A stretch of DNA of 64,000 bases from Oculina patagonica (taxonomy: Eukaryota). Position 1 is the first letter of the stretch; every line of letters starts with the position of its first letter. Location of the stretch: the NCBI RefSeq assembly GCF_052425735.1, contig NC_135763.1:11966001-12030000 (forward strand). The letters are read 5' to 3'. Positions 26,856-38,716 of this stretch are shown piece by piece. The notes below the pieces were generated by a model. It did no database searches. It saw nothing but the letters and a program-made list of their open reading frames with translations, and was not told the origin of the DNA. The translations under genes were made by a program, and so were the position numbers.

Positions 26856-26990
26856 CACGTGAGCCGCGTGTGCCTATATATACGAAGGACTTGGAGCAAG
26901 TCTTCACACAAGAAAGTGGTCTTGTTGGTGACGGAGGTGATTTTCTCATCGGAGCCTTTCGAGAGAAGAGCTACCCTGAAACCTTTTTCG
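26856..26990 (+). promoter_or_regulatory. Gene B core promoter (E-box, TATA, Inr) and non-coding exon 1
   Basis: CACGTG 26856-61, TATATATA 26875-82, TCA+1 at 26906 (31 nt spacing), donor GTAAGC at 26991, acceptor AG 27091-92. Confidence 0.7.
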
Positions 26991-27117
26991 GTAAGCAAGT
27001 CAACGTAGTAAATTGTCTGAAACAAAGTCCCTGGACTTTGTCGGAAGGTGTAACCGAAATTTCAATTGGGCGTAATTTTTTTTTCCACATAGGTTGGAGA
27101 GACATTTTTCTTTCAAG

Positions 27118-28488
27118 ATGTTTCGATATCTCTCACTGTTTTCCCTTCAGCTTGTTCTATTGTTGGTAAGTTTTCATAAGCGCAATTTAGAAAATAGATG
27201 TACCTGTAATCAGGTCGAGTTTTTGTTAACTTTTCTTTCTGGTCAGTCTTAAGAACTGAATTCAAACCTTTAGACAAGAATTGTAGCCGTTTTCAGTAAG
27301 TTCCATAACTTTTTATTAATAGGGTCGAAATGTTAACTCTTTTTTGAAAGAGACTGCCTCACGGCTAAGGCTGTCCCAAAGATGCTCCAAATTTCCCAAA
27401 AAGTTGCTCGTAATTTCTTAAAACGTTGCTCGAAAGGTGCGTGCTCCAAAACCCGAAACGTTGCTCGAAAGGTGCTCCAAAACCCGAAACGTTGCTCGAA
27501 AGTTAATCCAAAAAAAACAAAACGTTGATTTTAATTAAGAAAAATTACTCCAAATATATGCTAATTTCCCATTGAAGGTAATGTTTTTAAGGACTTTCAT
27601 GCCATTTCGCTGTTACAGAAGTATCTAGCTAACATTTTAAGGCCAAAAATTGTTGAATTACGAGGAATTCTTTCACTGATTTTCGAACAGTCGTTTAGAT
27701 ACGATGACTTCGTGTTTGCTGACAAGTTTTTAATGCTGAATGAGCCGAGAGTTGAAACATCTTCGGAACTTCCTCGGAAACCTTCGGCAAACTTGGTTTA
27801 TCTTCGGGAATGTTCGAAAGATGCTTGGAAACTTTCGTATGGCCTTTGAACAACAATCGGACAAACTTCAGAAATCTTCGATCTAGAAATTGCTCAGAAT
27901 ACAACAAGCTGTTTGCAAGGAAAAAAGTTGCTCGATATATGTAAAGTTGCCCAAAAGTTGCCGAGCATCTATGGGACAGCCTTTCTCAATGCTGAGTTAA
28001 GTCTTTTTTATTAAGTTTTGCCAAATACTTAGCCGCTATGTGGAAAATGCTAACTATATATTATGTTTGCGAAGAAATTACTTTGCTATGGATCTAAGAC
28101 AAAACCGTAGCTTCATTACGGACACATATGTCTTCTGCCGTTATAATTAAAAGTTACAAACAAACGAGTTAAGTCAACTTTGAAAACTGTTCAGCCTAAC
28201 AGTTTTTAAAAACCCAATATCGCAATCTGTTTTACTCTTCTTCAATTTTTGTGCATCCTTTTCCTTTGTTTGTATTTGTTGTGTTATTGAAATGTTCTTT
28301 CGCTGGTTTAAAAGTGGTTATTAATTAATTCACATTTTACTTAATTTGGTGACCATTTTCTTATGTCTAAATTTGGCTAAAATCCTTGACACAGTTCCTG
28401 TAACATTTTTTGTTTCAAGGTAAATTCTGAAAATTTATATTGAGAATTGATTTTCTTTATTCTCATCACCGGCCTGTCTGATAAGTAA

Positions 28489-28529
<41 letters not shown>

Positions 28530-28560
28530 GGCGAGTCATTTCGAAATCGGCCGAGCGCGC

Positions 28561-28638
<78 letters not shown>

Positions 28639-31600
28639 TGTCAATAACAAAATTCGAGGTTATGAAGTCTTTGGGAACCTTTTCTGTAAGAAAAAGACAA
28701 AGGTAAATTCAATTGGTTGCACAAAAAGTTAGAAAACAGCGAGAATAAACCCATCGAAATGCGCGTGATTGACGCGCGGATTGCGTAGGTGTCCAATTAC
28801 AGGTATCCAATTTGAAGTTGCTCATACCTGTAATTGGACACCCACGTGATCGCGCGCCGACTACGCGACAAATAGGCGCGCGCAGAACCAATCAAAATCG
28901 AGAATTTTGTTATAGATACGATTAGGCATTGATATTTTAATGAGAAATTTGATCCTAATTCATCTCTACAAAAAAATCTCTACGAGTTATTCAGTGTTGT
29001 TGGGATATTGATGAAGGCGAAAAATTGTTTAGAGTTACTTCAAAACAGTCAGTTTGTTAATTCACAGCGCGCTTGTTATTTTGATTTTCAGAACAAGTTT
29101 AGGTTAATTGAAATGGAATTTGGCCGAGCTTTTCTGTTTTGTAGTCGCTCAAAACTCCGAAGAACTTCATCTATAAAAGACACTTACAATTTCTGTTCAT
29201 CATCATCATAATCGTCATCAGTTTAGTTTCTTTAAAAAAGATACAGCTTAAAGCCGGAGTAAGCTCACGGATATAAAAAATAAACTCACAGCGATACAAC
29301 ATCAACCCAGCATGGGAAAAGAAAATTATTTCACGGCCAAAGAAAATCAACTCAACTTAAAGCCAACTTTTATCGATTCTGAGCTAAGCTTCTTTCAACG
29401 CAATCATGACAGCAGCGAAGCCGTAAACAAATAAACCCGACGGACTAAATTGGCTTTCACAAGGAATATAACTTTTAACAACGCAATTATTCCGGATCTC
29501 CCCGTAGAACCTTTTTCGTTTGTCACAATTTCAAGGAATTAAGAACACAATACAGGAGATAACGCCAAGAACATTTCGGAAGAAATTTGTTTCTGACAAG
29601 TTTCATTCGACTCATACAATGACAACCACGCAACAAATTTCCCCTTCAGACTTCCCTTTCTCTCTCCCTTCTAAAGTCCGTACGGACAGGTGGCGGGAGG
29701 GAGGGAGTACCTTGACGTCAGAACCAACATTTTTCGGTGCCATGCATATGAGTATACCAAATTTTCTTTGGTATGTGGCTCCACTCGCGCGCCCTTGATC
29801 TCCCCCAAAAATCTTAACATATTCTTTCACTTCAAAAATCAAATACAAAAATATCTTCCAACTTAAGTAAAGCTTTAACTTAAGGTCTGTTGACGTTAAT
29901 AAATTTGGTTATGTGTATTACCTTTCCAGGGAGATGCCCTCGGCAATACTTTGGTCAAAACTCGGATCAAGCGAGCCTCGTCTGCACAGCAGTTATCAAA
30001 GCTATCAATGAAAGACCTTTCTCTTGAGTTGGCAAAGAAACATGTAAGTGTTGCGAGAACGATTTTTCACTGAAGGAACATGAAACATGAAACTAGTGTA
30101 AAATTTGCAAATACCAAAAATAGTGCTACGTGTTGAACATAAGTCTTTTAAAAGAGTTTATAAATTCGTTTCCACAGGAATAAGAAAGTCGCGATGGATT
30201 TGCTGCATATCAGCCTTCAGTCTAATAATAAACTAACAACGAAGGAATATTCCGTGCTCTCAGCCTACCCAGCTCGGTGTTTACAACAAATACAAAAAAC
30301 AAGTTTAATTTCTTTTAAGCCATCCCATTCCACGACAGGAGTAAGTGGCTTTGACAACTTTTTTACACCTCACTTAAAAGTCAATGCAAACAGCAATTTA
30401 AAAGGTCTGCATGGAAAACTCATTTTGTAGCTATTGGAAATAAGCAAACGGTTTTTGTAGCTGTTAGCTGAGATCTGAGATACGTTAGCTGAGAAATGGA
30501 CTGAAATTAGGAAGTCGCCGAAAATTTAACTGATTACTGATCATTATTCTCTTTTCTCCCTTGTTTCATTTTAGGTGCTTCAGATGATTCTTGACTTGCA
30601 GAACAACTTGAACAAGGCAAAAGAAAGCGTTCACATTCTTCAAAGAGGTTTGTTGACAGATCCACTTCGGCAAATATGAGAAGAGTGATTAAACCTCAAA
30701 CCAAAGTGGGGTTTTAATTTGGCTTACATAAAAAGACGTTTTGCAGGTTTCTAGGTAGAATACGCGGTTTACTTCACATTTCGCTATGCAAATATGTTTC
30801 CTGAGAAAACCTGCCCTGGCAGGCCAGGCTGAGTACAGGGTGGTAAAGAGGGACGGGGATGCTGGGGGCGGGGGGGGGGGGGGGGGGAGTGGCCCAATTA
30901 CGAATCACGAGCCTACTTTTCCTTACTTTAGTACGGATCACGTGTACTTTTTAACTATTTCGCGAATCACGTATTTAGCATATCTTTTCGAAGAAAATGA
31001 GCTTTAACTGGCTTTAACTGGTTGGGCAATTTGCGTGGCATTTACCTTTTAATAGCTTAGTAGTAAGATTTGATCTCTCAGACGAGTTCTCATTGTGAGG
31101 GATGTCCTAAAGCGCATAAATCGAGCCGATAGATCGCGTCCTCCACATAAAATCAGTCAATGGCTTCATGATTCGTATCGTTTGACAATTTTGTGAGTAC
31201 GTAACTCATCTTTGGACGAAATTGTTCGGCTGGAATCACGGATCACGAATCACGGCCCTAAAAATAAGCAGATCACGCGTCTTCTTAGACTGGCAATTCA
31301 CGGATCACGACCACATTTGAGCTGTTTTCACGTATCACGAGCTAAGTTTTGCTCAAATCACGCGTATCGCATAACCCCTTTACAACCCTATGAGTAACTG
31401 CTTTAGACGAAGACACGGTTTTCTTTCAACACGCCATGTTTCTTTAGGTCTGACTATTCAAATTAAGCATATATTATGAGAAGAACGTGTGTAGTTTTGC
31501 AAAGCAGAACTTTAACTCCTCTTGTTACCAATTATATAACGAAAACGTGCTGGGCTTACACCCACATAACGTAAAACTGTAAAATGTCTTAAACTTAGTA

Positions 31601-33070
31601 AAAGTCGACAACAAAATGCTGATCGACCGCTAATGGATAATTTACCCCAGTTAGCGACCTGTCAAGTTATTTCTAGGCTTCTTTTTTTTTTTTAAACTAA
31701 GTCCCATATGGAATTATATGTGAACTTGAAACGACGAATTTTGAAGCTCTAAGGTGTCAAATGATACCGCAAGTGATTTATTAAATTTCGTGGAATCAAT
31801 GGAATTATCCTAGCAACAGTTTTGAAACATTTGGTACATAACTTAACATGTTTGGACTTCTTGCAGACCGCTGTACTAACATCAAGTCAGTTGGTAAACC
31901 TGTCACTCATAACGCTCGAAATTACCAGTACGGAGCATGGATGAAAGACCCGCTAGGAATCATGGGCGCTGAGACCATATTCGTTATGGAGTCGTATCAC
32001 TCAAGAGACGAAGTTGAAGAGTTTGAAAACATGGACATGTTCAAAGCAGGCGTAACTCGTAAGACGTACAAACTGCCTTACAAGTGGGACGGAACTGGAG
32101 CAGTGGTGTATGGACCATACCTTTACTACAACAGGTAACATTTTAGACGTCCCGCATTGTCAGCGTTTTATAGAGAACCTAGCTCCATTNNNNNNNNNNN
32201 NNNNNNNNNNNNNNNNNNNNNNNNNNNNNNNNNNNNNNNNNNNNNNNNNNNNNNNNNNNNNNNNNNNNNNNNNNNNNNNNNNNNNNNNNNNNNNNNNNNN
32301 NNNNNNNNNNNNNNNNNNNNNNNNNNNNNNNNNNNNNNNNNNNNGTCGCCGTAACAGAGAGAATTCCCCCTATATTCTGAAGTTCAATCTACGCACAGAG
32401 CGCGTTGAGGCCACAATTTCCCTGAGCGGTTACACAGCAAGGAAGAATGGCTACCAGTGGTGTGGCGGCTATTGCGGAATGGACCTGGCTGTTGACGAGC
32501 AGGGATTGTGGGTATTGTGGGGAAGCACTGGGAACAGCAAACGACTGTACGCATACAAAATTGATGTTTACAAAAACGTCGTTACCCACACATGGGCCTT
32601 GAGCACGGGTAAGCATACAATGGTCACTATTATTGACGACTATTTATACTTTTGTGGAACAACCTTCTCTAAACTCCCAAATTGTGCTGCATCGATGAGT
32701 GAAAAAAATGGATGGTTTGTTATCAATTATATTTAGAGCAATCTCAGAGTTGAAGGGCACAGAGACTGAGACGAACTTAAGCCAAGTGCACTAATCTCTC
32801 GTTTTGTTTTGTACAGAGCCGATGAGTTCGATGGGCAATGCTTTTGTGGCCTGTGGAGTGATCTACTGTATCGACGCTTATAACGGCAAGTCCACCACCA
32901 TCAACTTTGCTTACGACACCAAGACAGGAAAACAGTGGAACCCCAACATACAGTTCGCAAACCAGTACACCTACAACTCCATGGTGGACTACAACCCCAG
33001 AGAAAGAGTGCTGTACGCTTGGGACAACAGGCGTCAAGTCACTTACTCCCTCACTTTTGAGGAAAAGTAG
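27118..33070 (+). CDS. Gene B: secreted olfactomedin-domain protein, 335 aa
   Basis: Exons 27118-27165, 29930-30043 (GDALGNTLVKTRIKRASS...LAKKH), 30575-30647 (VLQMILDLQNNLNKAKESVHILQR), 31867-32134, 32358-32608, 32817-33070. All GT-AG, 1008 nt in frame, full OLF motif set. The 32358 acceptor lies next to an N-gap. Confidence 0.93.
27366..27984. mobile_element. hAT-type non-autonomous element in B intron 2 (older copy)
   Basis: TIR TAAGGCTGTCCCA.AGATGCTC; degenerate 8-bp TSD CTCACGGC/CTCAATGC; subterminal GTTGCTCGAAA repeats; empty site in A at about 18626-33; same family as 40222-40821. Confidence 0.8.
28489..28925. mobile_element. Double-hairpin palindromic repeat element
   Basis: Near-perfect palindrome 28489-28630 (TAGTAATTGGACCTCGTGTCGTACAATTCAGGGAGTAATCG...), then a second inverted pair 28634-28925 with an inner hairpin at 28790-28840. 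Confidence 0.75.
30837..31389. mobile_element. Non-autonomous TIR element in B intron 4
   Basis: AGGGTGGTAAAGAGG / CCCCTTTACAACCCT; flanks CTGAGTAC / ATGAGTAA (degenerate 8-bp TSD); many ATCACG repeats. Confidence 0.6.
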
Positions 33071-33489
33071 ATTCGAGTTAGACAAGTACCTAGCAGCAAG
33101 TGATCCTGTGCCATGCTTGCTGATGCTTTATTTGCTGTTTGTAGAAATGCACTTAAATAAAATAAGTTTAGTTTACAATTTATGCTTTTATCAGATTTAT
33201 CATTCAGTCTTGCAAATTAAATGAGTTTATTTTGGATCTGCATCCGGGTCTTCAGAGATTGAAAAATCACTGAAGACCCGGATGTAGATCTGAAACAGGC
33301 TCTGCATATTTGCAAGTTATTTAAACAGATTAGCACCAAGATCTTTGTTAGGACTGTCTGTGATTGTGAATAAAAGTGTGAATTGTAAATATAGCTGCTA
33401 AAAAGTTGAAAAAGACACGAAAGGGGGTCGGACTCGTCTTACTTCTGTGAGCTGCCCTTCCTTTAAATCAAAATATCAAAGTGTTACAT

Positions 33490-33530
33490 TTTAAACTGCT
33501 GTTAGTGCTGAATGCTAAAATAAAATTTCA
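33490..33530 (+). terminator. Conserved polyadenylation-signal block of the family (B copy)
   Basis: AAACTGCTGTTAGTGCTGAATGCTAAAATAAAAT. The homologous AATAAA is at 12708-13 (A), 33519-24 (B), 38216-21 (C), 59017-22 (D) and 56938-43 (F). B also has a proximal AATAAA at 33156-61. Confidence 0.55.
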
Positions 33531-34495
33531 AATGCCAATGGCTATTTTAATTTTATGGAATTGTAGGAGTTATAAGAGTGAAAGTTTAGACCCTATTTAC
33601 ATGGAAAAAGGATGGTCCGAGCGCTAGAGCCAAATGCAACATTAATTTTGCGTGTAAAATGAAAACTGAAAACATGTTTGCACGGATGATCCTTTTGCTA
33701 GGATTATCCTTGCATTAGGATCAACCTATTTACATGGAAAGAGGATAATCCTAAATACGGCGTGGGAAAACCCACGCTGCCAGAAATAAACTGAACATTT
33801 CAAGCACAGGCCTTTACGAAGCGCATTTCATAGTGGCAGAAAGGAGAAGGGTGGGATGGTAGGGTAAAAAGGAAGTGGATTATGATTTTCTCTTTTAGAC
33901 TCCATGATTGTTCAGGGGCGAAGGAAAAAGCCTGGTGCGTCTTCCCTACTCGCGCAAACTACTTCAGCTCCCCCGATTGCACCATCAATTGTACACAATA
34001 AAAGTTATAGCAACTTTGTTTATTTTGGTGACAAACCAATCAGTTGACATGAATGGTGGTATAAACCTGTATCGGGTAAATAAACCTTGAGAAAACGGGG
34101 CTAAAATGACTAAAAAATGTTTGACTGTCTATACCCTAAAAATAAAACAATGAAGCATTGTGCTTTACTTGATCGCTAGCAGCAAACATTTTAACTTGGG
34201 CAAACAAAATCTTTCACCGACAAAAGTTAATCAACCAATTTGCATAAAAAATTGCTGGAGTTTACAAAAATGAACGAGATTTTGACCATATCGTTTTTGA
34301 AAATATAAAGTGACATATTTGTACATTCAGAACTAAATTTAAACACAGCTACCATAATTTTCTCACTTTTTACAAACTTTCCCATTGTTGCTATTATTCC
34401 AATCATCAAATAACACATTCTATTACAATCATTTTTGATAAGAATATTTTTGATAAGAAGCTCTGTGTTGAAAAGCAGCCCGGGCGTCGACCATG

Positions 34496-36364
34496 CTACA
34501 CCATGAAATTCTACACTGATTGGTCAAATTTTGGACTCCGCGAGCCCTGCTTGAAGGCCTTCAAGCCAGCCGCACGCGCAAAAATTGAAGGGGCGTGCCG
34601 TCACCGGAACCTGAGCTGGGTAGCTTAGTCAATGACCTAACAAAGACCAGGATCAGTCATTGATTTGGGAGCTTGCTGGGGGGGGGGGGGGGGGTGGTCC
34701 TAGCCAGGGTTTGGTCACTTGCCAAAAGTGAGATTTTGGGGCTGAAATCAAGTCTTTAAACTTCCAGGTGGCGGCTGCGTGCAGTGTTGAGAAGCTGCCA
34801 TGAGGCTTTCACACGCAAGCAAGGTTGGTGTGCATGCTAACAAGTGACAGTTTGTTTTTGATTGATTGATTGATTGACAAGGCCGGTGCTTTTGCTGGAA
34901 AAAGTGCAGACCAGGCTTTGTGGTCTTGACCCGGTTTCGATAAATTCAGACATATGATGGGGAATAGCACAGTCCCAAGGTATCAGCATGCTCCCTGTGG
35001 CATTTTCAGAGCAAGTTGGCCATCATATGTCTGAATTTATCAAAATGGGGTCAAAATTTGGCATGGTTTTGTTGTGGTTTTTATGTAAATTTTATCTTTG
35101 GTTTAATTTTTTTCAAACCAGTTTGATTTTTAATTTTCATTGTCTTACATTCATTATCAAAATGTGAAACAAAGGGAAATAGAAATCAAACTGGTGTGAA
35201 AAATTTTAAGCCAAAGACAACGTTAAACCACAGCAGTTATATTCTGCTTTTCCTGAGTTGAAAGTTCTTTAATCTACTAGTAACAGGAGAGGGAAGAAAT
35301 CCGGTTAGCACTAGCTAACTATCCAAGTGACTACTTTGGTTATCTAAGCAGCTATCTTTTGTCAGTCACTACACCATGAAATTCTATACTGATTGGACAA
35401 ATTTTGGACTCTGCGAGCCCTGCTTGAAGGCCGACGACAGTCGGCCTTCAAGCCAGCCGCACGCGCAAAAATTGAAGGGGGGCTCCGTCACCGGAGCCTG
35501 TGCTGGGTAGCTTAGTCAATTACCTAACAGCCCAAGGGAGACCAGGGTCAGTCATTGATTTGGGGGCTTGCTGGGGGGGGGGGGGGTGGTCCTAGTAAGG
35601 GTTTGGTCACTTTCCAAAAGTGATATTTTGGGGCTGAAATCAAGTCTTTGAACTTCCAAGTGGCGGCTGCGTGTGCATGCTAACAAGTGACAGTTTGCTT
35701 TTGGTTGATTGATTATTCAGACATTTCTGCGAATCGCAGAACGTGCTCACAGGATACGCGAAACAGGCTATATCTGCTATCCATAGACAGTAGACGGAGG
35801 TTTTTGAAGCTTCTTTTGGTGTTTAAGATCGTACACAATGTTAACTGTCCGCACCAGTTAGAGGGATATCTTGTTAAGAGATCAGATATTCACGGTAGAA
35901 CACTCAAAGACTCAACACTTATAAACGTCACACCATCTAAAACGAAAATGGGTCAGTCTACTTTCAAGTGTGACGCTGCACGAGAACGGAATGGATTACC
36001 AAGGGAAATGAGAGAATTAAACACTCTATCTAAGTTTAAGACACACATTTTTAAGCATTTTATGGAACAGGACGGTATAAATCATATATGTACTGTAAAT
36101 AAGGTTCAATTTTTCTTTTTCTTTTCTTTTTTTTGTTTGCTTGTTGCTCTTTGCTCTTCTTTTTAAATGCTCGAATTTGATACATAAACTCCAGAATACT
36201 TGCATTTTTTTAATGTATTTTTTTAATGTAAATTTTTAATATGTATATATATAAATCTTCTACAATTTTAAGAATAGATGTATTTTATACTTAATGTTGA
36301 TCGCCAGTTAATACCAGTGATCTAATGATCACTGATTGGCCCTTCAGGATAAATAAAGTTTTTA

Positions 36365-36427
<63 letters not shown>

Positions 36428-36511
36428 GATTGACAAGGTCGGTGCTTTTGCTGGAAAAAGTGCAGACCAGGCTTTGTGGTCTTGACCCGGTTTTGATAAA
36501 TTCAGACATAT
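34496..36511. repeat. Two copies of an about 460-bp GC-rich element; the second is split by a LINE fragment
   Basis: CTACACCATGAAATTCTA.ACTGATTGG starts at 34496 and 35369; the second copy resumes at about 36426 (TGATTGACAAGG.CGGTGCTTTT). Confidence 0.8.
35715..36427 (+). mobile_element. 5'-truncated CR1/L2-clade LINE 3' end with (TTA)n tail
   Basis: ORF remnant LLSIDSRRRFLKLLLVFKIVH...CP..L...RS..H.R...SKTKMGQSTF...AAR..N.LP...FK is typical of the post-RT C-terminus of these LINEs; ends AAATAAAGTTT(TTA)n. Confidence 0.75.
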
Positions 36512-36997
36512 ATAAATATATTTTCCTGTATTGCGGATAAAAATGAAATGATTCAAAGCTTCTATTAGTAAGCTCTAGTGTAATTGGACCCTGAAGAAAT
36601 TTATGCAGTTTGTTTTTGGACATACAGCAAATACACATGTTTACTACAATGAAACTTCGTTAGGTTGCCAGCAGGATCTCCTAATTGTATTCCCATAAAG
36701 GTTAGCTATCTCACATGCTTGAAACCTCGTGTACAAATTTTACTGGGAAGATAATTTACTGTTTTTCTCTAGTTTCGAGGAATCGTCACCGTTTATTGTA
36801 ACTGTGTAAAATTAAACGTGTACAGACTGGGCTATTTATAGTTTTGCGACTAGAGTGGTGGGAAGAGAGAGAGTGGACCGGATAAAATCCACTCTCCGAG
36901 AACTGATCGAGCCAGTGGTTTTCGTGAACAAGGCTGCTAGGCAACATGACTATTTACGAGTGGTCGTGACTGCTCGTTCGATTTTATACCAATACTT

Positions 36998-37145
36998 ATA
37001 TACGGCGTATTTACATGACGTCACGGCGTCCATGTTGGTGTACCAAGCCAATCCTGTTGGATTTGAAGTCTTTTCTTATGTAAACGCTTCTTTTTGTTCC
37101 AAATAATTTGCATCGATGCCATCGAGTGAGTAAATACGCTCTATA
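36998..37145. mobile_element. Short MITE
   Basis: TATACGGCGTATTTAC / GTAAATACGCTCTATA termini. Confidence 0.5.
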
Positions 37146-38716
37146 CGGGATTTCGGAGACGTTTCCTAGAACGGGGTACAATATTTCGAACAACGCACGA
37201 GAGTTTCAAATTATCAGCAGCCATTTGCCACCCCACGAGTAATAGGCTGTGTATGCGCGTGCGTATAGGTCCTGGCAAGACCGCGGAGAGGTGTTGTGTG
37301 ACCATTTGCATTCAGATGGTTTATTTATTCATCAGGAGAGTTTGCACAAAATACGTTGATGAACAAACTATGACACCCCTTGTTACGCGCAGTAGGCTAT
37401 TGTACGGCAATAATCGTATCAAAAGAGGGACCTTTAAAATTTACTTAATTTCTAGAAAGAGGTATTAAAAATTTACCTATTCGGTAGAACGGGTTGTCAT
37501 TTTGAATACAAATTCTCTCAAAACCGGGGTCCTAATTTGGAGACCCGGGCGGCGCATATCCACCCAACACAAACCCGAGTGACCCACTCCTGGGAATGTT
37601 AGACCCTTCCTCCGTTTTTTCACTTTTGATATTGGCCATATAGCGAACATTTGTCGATACTGCTGAAATATAAGCACCTTAAAACTGGTAAAATAGCCAA
37701 GTTCTCGGGTCGCATCTTGGATCAAAATCGCATTCGCAAAGTCGGGAAAATTTGCAGAAGCTTGACAAAAACTTCTCCGACTTTTTGGTACAACCATGTT
37801 TTCGCTGTATCTGTCAATCTTGGCCATTGTACTAATTTCAAGCTGCTCCTTCCAGCAATGTTGATGAGCCGATACATAAAGCTGAAAACAATACCGTGGA
37901 GTGACTTTAAAATGGGAAATTCTACTGTTTTACCTAAGATTGCCAAAAACAACACGCGTTCCTCCGTCTGTAGTTTGTAATGCATCTATAAATATTTTGT
38001 CGATAAAAACGACGTCAAAAATTCCAAAAATCTTCCAGTTTGATTTCAAGATTTTTTGTCAATAATGTTAAAAAATCCTACAGTTGTAAAAAGATTTATT
38101 AACCATTTAACATTATTTAGATCCTCCTTAGCACACTCGAGCTCATTCTACAAACACTGAACCACCGCTCTCATTCCACAAGTTAATTGATAGCCCGCGT
38201 GATTTGTTCTTACATTTTATTTCAGCAGTCAGCACTAACAGCAGCTTAAACTAAACCAAAATCATGACATTTTGATTTTTTAAAGTTAACTTAATAACAA
38301 TTTAGCTGTTTAACTCTTTTTCCTTTTCTTTAATTTCCCGTCCCTAGTTTTCACATTTCATTTCAGTTTATGGACCATAACGAATCCTATTTTAATCAAC
38401 CTTACATGTATTTTTTTTCTTTTTTTTATGTCAGTATAACATTTTTGTTTTTTAAAAATGTGATGCTCTGTATTAATGAATCTATCTTGTGTTGTAACCT
38501 TTTTCCCTAATAATCAATAAAAATTAATTTAAAAAGCTTAATAACGTTAACAGTCTTCTTTCGTGGTTTTTAGCAGCTTCATAAGTTTTACATTTCGTAA
38601 AATCAGAGACAGTCACAACAACGATCTTGTTCTGTTCTGTTTTTCAATCTAAATTTCTTTTTTTTTTGAGCGCATTAGCTACAACATAGCAAAGCAATCA
38701 GCAAGTTCATCATTCA

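Noticed and set aside
27118-33070. Assigning a vertebrate gene symbol (OLFM1-4, MYOC, ADGRL, GLDN)
   Set aside because: Domain homology only; there are no lectin, GAIN, 7TM or collagen regions, and orthology needs a phylogeny.
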